Notes under the pieces: model-generated | The model's database searches: none | What the model was told of the DNA's origin: nothing | The model's input: only the letters and a program-made list of their open reading frames with translations | Translations under genes and position numbers: made by a program | Shown: piece after piece, positions 38,621 to 57,326 of the stretch | How the letters are laid out: each line of letters begins with the position of its first letter | Position numbering within the stretch: the first letter of the stretch is position 1 | Assembly (NCBI RefSeq): GCF_009914755.1 | Contig: NC_060927.1 | Source: the human T2T-CHM13v2.0 reference genome, Homo sapiens | Direction: 5' to 3' (one strand) | Length of the DNA: 64,000 nt

Positions 38621-39642
38621 ATGGGGAAAAAACAGAGCAGAAAAACTGGAAACTCTAAAAAGCAGAGCGCCTCTCCTTCTCCAAAGGAATGCAGCTCCTC
38701 ACCAGCAACGGAACAAAGCTGGACGGAGAATGACTTTGATGAATTGAGAGAAGAAGGCTTCAGATGATCAAACTACTGAGAGCTACAGGAGGAAATTCAA
38801 ACCAAAGGCAAAGAAGTTGAAAACTTTGAAAAAAATTTAGACGAATGTATAACTAGAATAACCAATACAGAGAAGTGCTTAAAGGAGCCGATGGAACTGA
38901 AAGCCAAGGCTCGAAAACTACATGAGCAGTGTACCTGAGAAGCCTCAGGAGCCGATGCGATCAACTGGAAGAAAGGGTATCAGTGATGGGAGACGAAATG
39001 GATGAAATGAAGCGAGAAGGAAAGTTTGGAGAAAAAAGAATATAAAGAAACAAACAAAGCCTCCAAGAAATATGGGACTATGTGAAAAGATCACATCTAC
39101 GTCTGATTGGTGTACCTGAAAGTGATGGGGAGAATGGAACCAAGTTGGAAAACACTCAGCAGGACATTATCCAGAAGAACTTCCCCAAGCTAGCAAGGCA
39201 GGCCAACGTTCAGATTCAGGAAATACAGAGAACACCACAAAGATACTCCTCGAGAAGAGCAACTGCAAGACACATAACTGTCAGATTCACCAAAGTTGAA
39301 ATGAAGGAAAAAATGGTAAGGGCAGCCAGAGACAAAGGACAAGTTACCCACAAAGGGAAGCCCATCAGACTAATAGCGGATCTCTCAGCAGAAACGCTAC
39401 AAGCCAGAAGAGAGTGGGGGCCAATATTCAACATTCTTAAAGAAAAGAATTTTCAACCCAGAATTTCATATCCAGCCAAACTAAGCTTCATAAGTGAAGG
39501 AGAGATAAAATATTTTAAAGACAAGCAAATGCTGAGAGATTTTGTCACCACCAGGCCTGCCCTAAAAGAGCTCCTAAAGGAAGCACTAAACATGGAAAGG
39601 AACAACCAGTACCAGCCACTGCAAAATCATGTCAAATTGTAA
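38621..39642 (+). pseudogene. L1PA3 ORF1, disrupted
   Basis: atggggaaaaaacagagc start; in-frame TGA near 38765 and an indel near 38925; C-terminal part open (ORF 39082-39642). Confidence 0.9.
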
Positions 39643-39690
39643 AGACCATCGAGGCTAGGAAGAAACTGCATAAACTAACGAGCAAAATAA

Positions 39691-43531
<3,841 letters not shown>

Positions 43532-46500
43532 ACAATGAGAATACATGGACACAGGAAGGGGAACATCACACTCTGGAGACTGTTGTGAGGTGGGGGGAGG
43601 GGGGAGGGATAGCTTTAGGAGATACACCTAATGCTAAATGACGAGTTAATGGGTGCAGCACACCAGCATGGCGCATGTATACATATTTAACTAACCTGCA
43701 CATTGTGCAGATGTACCCTAAAACTTAAAAGTTTAATAATAATAATTAAATAAAAAATAAAAATTAAAATAAAAATTAAAAAAAGTCAGGAAACAACAGA
43801 GGCTGGAGAGGATGTGGAGAAATGGAATGCTTTTACACAGTTGGTGGGAGTGTAAATTAGTTCAACCATTGTGGAGGACAGTGTGGTGATTTTTTAAGGA
43901 TGTAGAACCAGAAATACCATTTGACCCAGCTATCCCATCACTGGGTATATACCCAAAGGATTATAAATCATTCTACTATAAAGACACATGCACATGTATG
44001 TTTATTGCAGCACTCTTCACAATACCAAAGACTTGGAATCAACCCAAATGCCCTACAATGATAGATTGGATAAAGAAAATGTGGCATACATACATCATGG
44101 AATACTAAGCAGCCATAAAAAGAATGAGTTCATGTCCTTTGCAGGGACATGGATGAAACTGGAAACCATTCTCAGCAAACTAACACAGGAACAGAAAACC
44201 AACCACTACATATTCTCACTCATAAGTGGGAGTTGAGCAATGAGAACACATGGAAACATGGAGGGGAACATCACACAGCTGGGCCTGCTGGAGGGTGGGG
44301 GGGTAAGGGGAGGGAGATCATTAGGAAAAACAGCTAACGTAGATGACGAGTTGACGGGTGCAGCAAACCACCATGGCACATGTATACCTATATAACAAAC
44401 CTCCCTGTTCTGCACATGTATCCCAGAACTTAAAGTATAATTAAAAAAAACAAGAAGAATCTATTGAATTGCACATTGTCAAATATTGATCTGGATTTTT
44501 TAAAAGACTATTTGTATTACATAACAAGCAATAAGATGTATTTTACTTCAAGGGAAATTACCTCAGTTCACGTGCTCTGGAATATGTAGCACAACTACAT
44601 ATTTGGGTAATCAGATGGCAAACAAGTGTGTCTAATCAGAAATCTATAGTTCCTTTATTATATGATGATCACATACGCAGAATTTACCCCAAGTCACAAT
44701 CAATCCTGTTAATGGTTGACATTGAACTATATTCTTAAGAAGATAAAAGGAAAGTTTTTGAGGTACACATTTTTCAGTTTTCAGAGTTGGGAATAACTCG
44801 ATCTTGTTGGAAAATTTAGTTTCTATCACTAAATGTCTGCAGTTTTGTCTGGAAAATATGAAATACTCTTATTTCTCCTTTCCATCTGCCAGGGGAATGA
44901 ATTGGATATTCAAAAGCCTTCAAAGATCTGTAAAAGCTTAACCTCTTGCACCCAGGCTTAGAGACTCCCTTCCAGATGATTTTTGTCGGTCAGAAGTGGC
45001 CAGTTAAAAGCTAACACAGTATCAATGCAGACAGGAGAAGGAGTAACATGACACAGACAATGTCCAAGTCTCATATGAGCAGTGCTTGGCTGGTTCCCAG
45101 GGACCTCTGATTCTCCTTGCAGAATTTAGCATGGATCAAAACTTCAGGAGCTGTTGAATAAATAAATGTCTCTCTTAGCAGGTCTATTCATAAAGCATAC
45201 ATGACAAAGGTGAATACCTTTCTAGCGCTGAATATCACGTGAAAAACGGGAAATTCACCTTCATAGATTTGTAGGCTCTAGCCTCCAGACCATGAAACTC
45301 ACTCTAGGATGGGTCTACTTACCCTTATGACATAGAAAATGGGTCAGAATCACTTGGTGGTCTCTTACAAGCTACACAGAGTTACCTATCTCCAAATTCA
45401 TATGTGAGCCCCCTATGGGATTAGAATGACTACAGTATTAAGTCACTTTTATCTATAGGAAAATGTTCCACATTTCACATGAAATGGAATTGGGCAAAAA
45501 TAAGAGTGAGAATCTTTTCGAAAATGGTTTTGATTGGCATTTAATCATTATTTATTTTAGTTTTAAATGTCAGCTAATGTTAAAGCATGCTCGCTTTAGT
45601 CAAAATGGGGCATGGGATGAAAAAGATTGAGAACATGGTATTTAATAATAAAATATGAGCTATGGAAAGGGGAACGGAGAAGTTTAAAGTGTTAACCAGG
45701 AGTGCTGGAGGATCATCAAATAGGCAGAATATGTTTTATCTCAGATGTCAGTCCAGAAATTATCCTTCCTTTCATATGTGACATTTCTTCACCATCACCA
45801 CTGCCACCTGCCCCTCAACCCTCACCACACACACATACAGGCACACAGGCAAATATGCATTTGCCCTTTTTTTGCCTCTTTTAAATTTTGCTTGTGCCTG
45901 GAGCTTCCTTCAAATCCCTATTGTTTGGGGGATGAAGGGGAAGTTTCCCTTTATAAACACATGTGCTTTGTTTAACAATAGAAGCATACATGACAAAGGT
46001 CAACGCCTTACTAGCTCATAGATCCACATTCTGTGGATCTCAATGTTGGGACTATAGGGCTCCCACCTACCTGCCACGACCAACTTACATGATTTGCATA
46101 CATTATTTGGTCCTAACTTACTACTCTAATCACTGGCCATGTTTGATTCATATATGCAAATCAAGAATTAACACTGCTATAGGTTGGCTTTCTGTGATAA
46201 GTGCTGCAGAAATCAGTACCAGTTAATTTGTAAACAGTCTTACTCTCTGGAGCCAGCTGCAGAATTTCTCCTCACAGTATTGGGACTCTCTGAAATCTCT
46301 CTCTCTCTCTCTCTTTTATTCTGTTTCAACTTCCCAGGATACCTAAGCATCAAATACTCAAGAAATATTTTCTACATTTGTTATTTTTAAGGGAAGTTCT
46401 GTCTAAGATACTGGGGAAGTAGTTGGAATTTAGAAGTTTCCTGCTAGAGGTAGTTGGAAACAGGAATCCAGAGGGATGGCCAAACAATTAGATGAATCCA

Positions 46501-48929
46501 AGACTTAGACATCAAAAGATGTGGTCTAATTGCAGAAGCCATGCATCTGAGGCAAGAATCAAGGGGAGAACCAGAGATCCAGAAAGAAGTGAGGAGGATG
46601 GTGTTTAAATAGGAGCAAATTGATTTTAAAGAAGGATGGCTGGGATTCTAAGGGCATTCCCTTGAGCACTGAAGGGTTGATGATCTATGCTGTTTATCTG
46701 GGAGAGCATAACAGTCTTCTAAAAGATCAAGGTAGAAAGGATACCAATTCAAAATGAGTCCTTTATCTATCTTAGGCCCTTTATGGTCCTGCTTTTCATT
46801 GCCTAGCCTAATATAAATTTGACTTTAGAGCTTAAGCCACTGTAGCTATATTAACTGTCTAAACTTTATTATCCAAGACCACCACAAAATAACAGCACAC
46901 TTAGGGGTGAGAGATACAGAAATGTCCTTGGATGAGCCAAACAGACTTGTTTAAGCAAGAGATGACCTAGAAGTTTCTTGTGTTTTGAGGAACGAGAGGG
47001 AAGGAAGCTGGGAGAGACATGAACAAGGGAAGGGCACTGAAAATGTTGCTGTTACACTACAACCTATTAATTCTCAGAAGAGTGACAGAATACTTTAGGG
47101 TATGCAATCAAATGAATGATTTACATTAAACATCCAATTTGTCAATATTGGGCTGAGAGAATGTGTGCATCTCATTAATTATGCTCACATCTGTTACTAT
47201 GTATCCTGTGATTGCATTCTGTATATTGACAAAGAAATAAAATGATTGAATGAACACATATTTGTGTATGTCCCAAAAGGGATATGATAATTTCAGCCCA
47301 CTGAAATGTAACACTCATCCTCAGGGTATCATTCAATCACATCGCTGAGTAACAACGTAAAAGAGAGATAAAAAGAAGCAAATGCCTGTTGACATTTAAA
47401 AGACAAAAAACGGATGCAAAAGATACATCAAGCAAGTTTCTCTCTGCAAATCACTTATGCACTAGCTACTACTCTCCAAAGCATGGATGCAGCACATGAA
47501 ATTATTCTGTCTCCTTTTCAAAAGGAAATCAATATTCCCAAATATTGCAAGACTAAGACTCTACTTGAGTACCTTATTTGAAGTAGGTACACAGTGCCAT
47601 GTTTATTAATACCTTACAGTTGTATAGGTCTTGATGGCTTAACCAGTGCCTTCACACACACATTTTTTAAATTCTCATAATTAATGGATAAATATTCACA
47701 TTTTATCTTTATTTGGAATATAAGGAAACATAATCCTAGACTAAATGACCTACAAAGGCTTACCAGCTATTTGCTGACAAACTCAAATGCAGTCTTTTAA
47801 TTTCAAATTAAGTATTATTTTTATTACTTTAGTCTATTTTAATATGAAATTTATATATATATATTCAATATTGCATATTATACCTGTTTAGGGAAAATTG
47901 CCTATAATATAACTGTGTTAATGGTGATATTATTTATCAAATTTGAGTTGCTAGATCCCATGGAATGATCTAATTTGTTTCACACAAGTCAACAATGGCA
48001 CCTAAACTGCACATCTGTAGACTCTTTGAAGAAAGATGTGTGATGAAAACAAGAAGTCCACAGTGACCCAAATACTGAGCATGAGTGTGGGTTGCTGGCT
48101 TGGCTTATAATTACTGTTATTACTCTTATTATTTGTCTCTATCTTTTTATTCTTTAGGCTTATTTTATTAGCTATCTACTTTGAAAATTGACAACATTAT
48201 TTACTCTATATTTTCTTATTAGGTAATATATGTGATTATAGTCATGAATTTTCTTCTCGGTACACATTTGATTGAGTGCAATAGTTTTGATATATAGTTT
48301 TCCTTATTAACATTTTCTACATATTGTAATGGTCTCTTTGGGACAAAAAAATGTTTAGGAAGGAGTTTTTAATTTCAAGTGGTTCCGCTCCTATTTTGTT
48401 TGCTTTATTCATTTCAGCACTATGTATGTCAATGCACAAGGCAAATGATTATACTCACTGTGGACTATACTTTTAATCAGTTTCATTTAATACAACCTCA
48501 ACTTATATACATCATTTTCTAACAAAATTGCAAGCCTTGCTTTAAATTATATTTTTACTATAATTTTTTACACTTTAATTTTTAACCTATTAGTATTACC
48601 ATTTACCCTTATATGTCTCTTATAAATACCATATAAATATCTGCTTTTATGCAATCCAAGTATTTTCCTTTTAGTTAAATTTATATCATTTAAATTTGTT
48701 ATCAAAACATGTAAATTTGTTCAGAGATATATATATGTATATATATGCACACGCACATATATATACATAGCCTTGTGTAGCCTTGTTTTGTATCTTTCCT
48801 ATAAAACACGACATTTTTCTCTTAACAATTCCAATTCTAAAAGAGATTATTTTAACAAATTTAGATAGTGTGTTCAACTCAATTTTTTCTGTTTATGGCA
48901 ATTAATTGTTTTGACATTAGCAATGGAAA

Positions 48930-49400
48930 TAATCCCAGAAGTCATTAAGCTCAGTATTTCCTGCAAAACAATTTTGTAAAGAACAAAGTTGAAGGCTTAC
49001 ATTAGCTGATTTCAAAACTTAAAGTTTCAGCAATTAACCGTGTATAGTATTGGCATAATAATACATATATAAATCGGTGAAAAAGAATGGAATTTTAAAA
49101 TTCCAGATAAAATCTGGAAATAAACCCATGTGTCTGTGTGCATATAGTCAACTTATTTTCAAGATAATTCAATAAAGGTGTGCCTTTTCAATAAATATGA
49201 ACTGGAACAACTGTAAAAAATAAACTTCAAACTTTATTTCACATAATATACAAAAATTAACTTGAAATAGATCACAATTTTGAACATAAAAGTAAAAAAT
49301 ATAAAACTTCTAGAAGAAAATAGGTGAAAATTTTTGTAATCTGAGGAAGGCAAAGATTTTTTAGAGAGGACACAAAAAGCACAAATCGTAAAAGAAACTT
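48930..49400 (+). mobile_element. Old L1M ORF2 fragment
   Basis: aagaacaaagttgaaggct...tacaaaaattaacttgaaatagatcaca...cttctagaagaaaatagg. Confidence 0.7.
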
Positions 49401-49409
49401 CTTTGTCCC

Positions 49410-49715
49410 TTAAAGTTAGGCAACATGGCAATTTGACTTACCTTGGCCAAAGAAATAAGAATGGAAGTAGCATGTGCCCATTCTGTGTTTAATTGCCAGT
49501 GCTGACATGACCAGGAAGTTCTGGGTAATGAAGTCTCCATTAGCCTGAATCTCTGGGTAAAGCAATGGAAAACAAAGTGCCACTAACTTGCAAAGCGAAT
49601 GTGACCTGTGTGTAAATGAAACCCCTTTGTCATTTGCTTATTTGTCTTAAGCCAATCCTATTTTAGGGGTGTTGTTTGCTATGACCACATAACCAAACGT
49701 ATCTTAGGTAATACA
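49410..49715 (+). mobile_element. MLT1 (I/J-like) LTR fragment
   Basis: ttggccaaagaaataagaatggaagt...ttagcctgaatc...ttaagcca...ttttaggggtgttgtttg. Confidence 0.6.
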
Positions 49716-51829
49716 ATTAAATTCTAAGATGTACATTTATTTTTCTTCAAAACTTATTTAATGTTTCCTAAATTTGGAAAGGTGTTAAATTGAATGATAT
49801 AAACATTTCTTTTAGGGATCCCTCCCCACCCACCCTTCAAAGGAAGTTATTAAATCCATGGTGTATCCCATAACCTGTGGCATCCTAGAAATGGGAGTAA
49901 CAGCCTACACAACAGTCCCTTCATATGGAAGACTCTTCTGTATTTCCTTCTAATACAGGCTCCTAAAGATGCTCCAAGATCCCAAGGAGAGTTTGCTTCT
50001 TCTAATTTCCTTATCCTGGAAGCCCTCAAGAATCTGAGACCTTTACCATATGCTTTCTACCTCATAATGCCCCTGATATGATCCTCTAATATTCAATTTT
50101 AAAACGGTCAAAGTATACATAAAGGCAATTAGATTTTCCTACCATTCTCTTCTGTACTCTAAGTACTTCCATTATTAAATGCCACACTCAGTTAAAAAAA
50201 AAAAAACATAATCTTCCACAAAAAAGGAAAGCGAATATATGGCCAAGGATATCCCTGTAGGTAAGCCCTCTTTCCATCCCTTATTTTAGTTTCCCCATGC
50301 TTATTCTGTCTACCCATCCATGCTGCCTGTTCTTCAAGGGCACAATTATCCTGTTACTGGTTTGCCAGTAGCCTTCTATGGTGTTTTTCTATTAGTCATA
50401 TAAAATCATCTCTGTCAGTATTTTGAGACAGATTTTATGCACAGCGCTCTTCTTAGGAAGGCACAACTGGTCTTGTCAGGCTTCCTTACCTCCTGATTCT
50501 TTTCTCTCACCTTTTTGTTTCTTTGCCCACAATCTTATAGTTACCCTTATAGCTCACAGACAAGAGCAGAAAAAAAAATTAATTTTTCTATATTTCTTAC
50601 TTGAAATGGTGTCATCTACCTCTCCCATTTGATATAACTTCTCTTTCATTGTTCCTACAAAGGTCTCTCTGTCTTTGCATAATCCCTAAAAGAGGGAACC
50701 CTCCTCTAGAAACCAAAAGTACCTTTGAAGATAATTTGTGCATTTATATGACACTTTGTATATCAGAGGCACTCATTTTATATTTGTTGTTGTTACGGGA
50801 ATTCTCATAAGATTTGTCCCTTGCCAACTGCCGCATGATTCACCCTTATAATAAATCAAGATAATTTCATCAAACAGTCTCAGCAGCCCAGATTAACTAG
50901 CACCCTTACTCTCACATAACCACCATAATTACAGTAACGCCAACATTTAGAACTTCAGTGAAATACCTCTATTCATATTCCCAGCTGGTAAAAACAGGAG
51001 AAGCATACAGGTTTTTATGAACTTAGATAATAATAGGTTCTCACTATAACCTAAAAAGACAAAGTTGTCTAATGATTTTACTTCCAACTACATGAACAGA
51101 CCTCCTCCATATGCCAGCACTTGTTAGCCATTTTTACAAGTTTGGTTTTGTGTTATTGAAAGCCACCAGAGTCCAAATTTCACTCAGTGGAGACCTTGTG
51201 GCTCTGGAGAAGGTAGACATCTGAAAGCATAAGTAATTTCCCCTGAGTCCTGTAAAGCTCTAGCAAACTGCAGTGGATTGTAAATCCTGCTGGTTGTTTT
51301 AGACAATAGTAAAATAATGTAATGAAAGGCAAAGAGAAGGTATTTAAATTATTAGCTTTAATAATGTGTCATGGTTATTTCAATTAACATGTATGTTTCT
51401 GTTAGAATAAGGAAAATTTACCTTCTATGCAGGTAAGCAGACAGACTCCTAGTCAGCTAGAGGGAATGGAAATTGGAAATATCTTTCCGTGGCAGCCATC
51501 CAATTAATATAAATAAACCTGTAAATAATCACGTGTTCTACTTCTGGAAATTCATTATAACCAACTATTGAAAGGAGCCCACAAATATTTATTCATTATA
51601 CATTAATGTTCATAATTTATTAATAATATATGCATTTATTCATTTATACATAGCATGCATTATGTAACTACTGTTTGCCATGCAGTATTCTAGATGATTT
51701 TCACCAAGTTTTTATTTGTAGGAGAAAAAAAACTATCCTATTGGCTAAATAAGTTGAGAAATATACCTCTAATGAATACTATATCATTTAAAAAGCTAAT
51801 ATTGATAAATATTTATTGACATGAATAAT

Positions 51830-52020
51830 GACAACGGCTAACATTTATCAAACACATATTATATACTAGGTACTGACTTGATTGTGTGCTTTATATAAGA
51901 CCTCTAATTTAATCCTCATAACTCTTTAATTCTCCTCACTTTATTGATAAGAAAACTGAGGCTCAGAAAGGCGAAACCCAAGGTTATACAGTAAGAAGTA
52001 CACAAATCCAACCCAGGTCT
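51830..52020 (-). mobile_element. MIR
   Basis: ggctaacatttat...tttaatcctcataac...gaaaactgaggctcaga. Confidence 0.75.
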
Positions 52021-53131
52021 GTTTTTTTAAACAACTTGATTAAGATGTAATTCAATATACCATACAATTCATTCATTTAAAGGGTACAATCCAACGGTTT
52101 TAGTACATTCACAAAGTTGCACAATCAATTTTAGTACATTTTCATCATCCCAGAAAGAAGCCCCATACCCATTTCCTTCAATTCTTTATATACTCAGCCT
52201 CTGGCAATGTAATATACTTTCTGTCTCATAGATTTGCCTACTCTGGGCATTTCATACAAATGGAATTATACAGTATGTAGTTTTTTGGGACTTCTTCCAC
52301 TTAGTACAATGTTTTCAACTTTATTCATTATGTTTTATGTATCAGTACTCTTTATGACAAAATAATATTCCATTGTATGATTATATCACATTTTAGTTAC
52401 CCATTCCTCAGTTGATGGACATTTGGACTATTTCTACTTTTGGCTATTTTAAATAATGCAGTTGTGAACATTTGTATACAAGTTTTTGTATGGACATATG
52501 CTTTTATTCTCTTGGATGTATACCTACAAGCGAAATTATTGAGTTTCAATAATGGCTACTCCAAGTTTAACCTTTTGAAAAACTGTGAGGATGTTTTCCA
52601 AAGGGGTTGCATAATTTTACATTCCCATCAGCAGTTTATGAGGTCTCTGATTTCCCTACATCCTCATCAATGCTTGTTATTGTTTTTTTCATTTAAGCCA
52701 TCCTAGTGGATGTGACGTGGTACTTCAATGTGGCTTTGATACGCATTTCCCTGATGGCTAATGATGTTGAGCATCTCTTCAAGTGCTTATTGGACATGAT
52801 CTTTAGAGGAATGTCTATTTAAATGTTTTGCTCAGTTTTTAGTTTGGTTATTTGTCTTTCTATTATTGAGTTTTAAGAATTCTTCATACATTCTGGATAT
52901 AATTGTCTTATCAAACTTGTTGCTTGCAAATATTTCCCCCATTTTGTAAATTATCTTTTCACTTTTGTAATGATGTTCTTTGAAGTACAAACATTTTTAA
53001 TTGTGAATTCCAATTTCTCTACTTTTTTTTCGTCCTGTGTGTTTCTGTTATCATATCTAACGAATCTTTGCCTCATGCAAGGACATAGAGATTTATGCTT
53101 ATGTTTTCTTCCAAGAATTTAATAGTTTTAG
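52021..53131 (-). mobile_element. L1MB (7/8-like) 3' portion
   Basis: ccatacaattcattcatttaaagggtacaat...gttgatggacatttgg...acattcccatcagcag. Confidence 0.8.
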
Positions 53132-53382
53132 GATTGTATTGTACTGTACATATTTAAGGTAAACAACATGTTTTGTTATCTATATCCATAGTGAAATGAT
53201 TACTGCAGTGAAACAACATATCTATTACCTCATATGGTTACCTTGTGTATATGTATAGTATGACCATTAAAACTCTATTCTCTTAGCAAATTCTCAGTAT
53301 ACGGTATTATTAATTATAGTTTTCATGCAATACATTAGATCTACAGACTTATTCATTCCACACGACTGCACCTGTGTACCTT
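53132..53382 (-). mobile_element. L1MA (8/9-like) 3' end fragment
   Basis: tatttaaggtaaacaacatg...gtgaaatgattact...ctcttagcaaatt...tacattagatct. Confidence 0.7.
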
Positions 53383-54714
53383 TTATAAATTTTATTTTTA
53401 ATTTTTGAGGGTACATAGTAGGTGTATATATTTGTGGGGTTCATGAGATGTTTTGATACAGGTATGTATTTTGAAATAAACACATCATGGAAAATGTGTT
53501 TGTTTCCATGGGATTATTTCACCTCCCCAATCCCAAGCCCCCCACTACCCTTCCCAGCCTCTGGTAACCATCCTTTTACTCTCTATGTCTATGAGTTTGT
53601 TTTGATTTTTAGATCCTACAAATAAGTGAGAACATGTGATGTGTGCCTTACTGTGCCTAGCTTATTTCACTGAACATAATCATCTTCAGTTCCATCCATG
53701 CTGTTGCAAATGACTGAATCTCACTGTTTTTATGGCTGAATAGTACTCCATTGTGTATATGTACCACATTTTCTTTGCCCATTCATCTCTTGGTGGTCAC
53801 TTAGATTGCTTCCAAATCTTAGCTATTGTAAACAGTGCTGCAACAAACATAGAGTGCAGATACCTCTTTGATATACTAATTTCCTTTCTTTTGGGCATAT
53901 ACTCAGAAGTGGGATTGCTGAATTATATGGTAGCTCAATTTTTAGTTTATTGAGGAACATCCAATTCTCTCCATAGTGGTTGTACTACTTTACATCCCCA
54001 CCAACAGTGCACAAGGGTCTCCTTTTCTTCACATCCTCACCAGCATTTATTATTACCTGTCTTTTGGATATAAGCCATTTTAACTGGGGTGAGATAATAT
54101 CTCATTGTAGTTTTTATGTGCATTTATCTGATGATCAATGATGTTGAGCACCTTTTCATATGCCATTTGTCATTTGTATGTCTTTTAAAAATATATCTAT
54201 TCAAATCTTTTGCGCATTTTTTGATCAGATTATTAGACGTTTTTCCAATAGAGTTGTTTGAGCTTTTACTATATTCTGCTTTTTAATCCCTTGTCAGATG
54301 GATAGTTTAAAAATATTTTCTCTAATTCTGTGGGTTGTCTCTTCAATCTGTTGATTGTATCCTTTGCCGTACAGAAGCTTTTTAACTTGATGTGATCCTA
54401 TCTGTCTATTTTTGCTTTGGTTGCCTGTGCTTGTGAGGTATTGTTCAAGAAATTTTTACCCAGATCTATGTCCTGGAGATTCTCCTTAGTGTTTTCTTGT
54501 AGTAGTTTCTTCGATTGAGGTCTTAGATTTAAGTTTTAATCATTTTGATTTGATTTTTGTATATGGTGATAGATAGGGGTCTAGTTTCATTCTTCTGCAT
54601 TTGAATATCCAGTTTTCTGAGCACCACTGATTGAATAGACTTTCTTTTCCCCAGCATATGTTCTTGGCACCGCTTTTGAAAAATGAGTTCACTGTAGGGG
54701 TGTGGATTTGTTTC
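53383..54714 (-). mobile_element. L1MA2/3-like 3' portion
   Basis: gtacatagtaggtgtatatatttgtggggttcatgagatgttttgatacagg; ends abruptly at 54714. Confidence 0.85.
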
Positions 54715-54788
54715 ACAGCAGAACTAAAAGGAATTGAATCTATAAATTTCCTTGGGAAGTATGGCCATTTTCACGATATTGATTCTTC

Positions 54789-57326
<2,538 letters not shown>

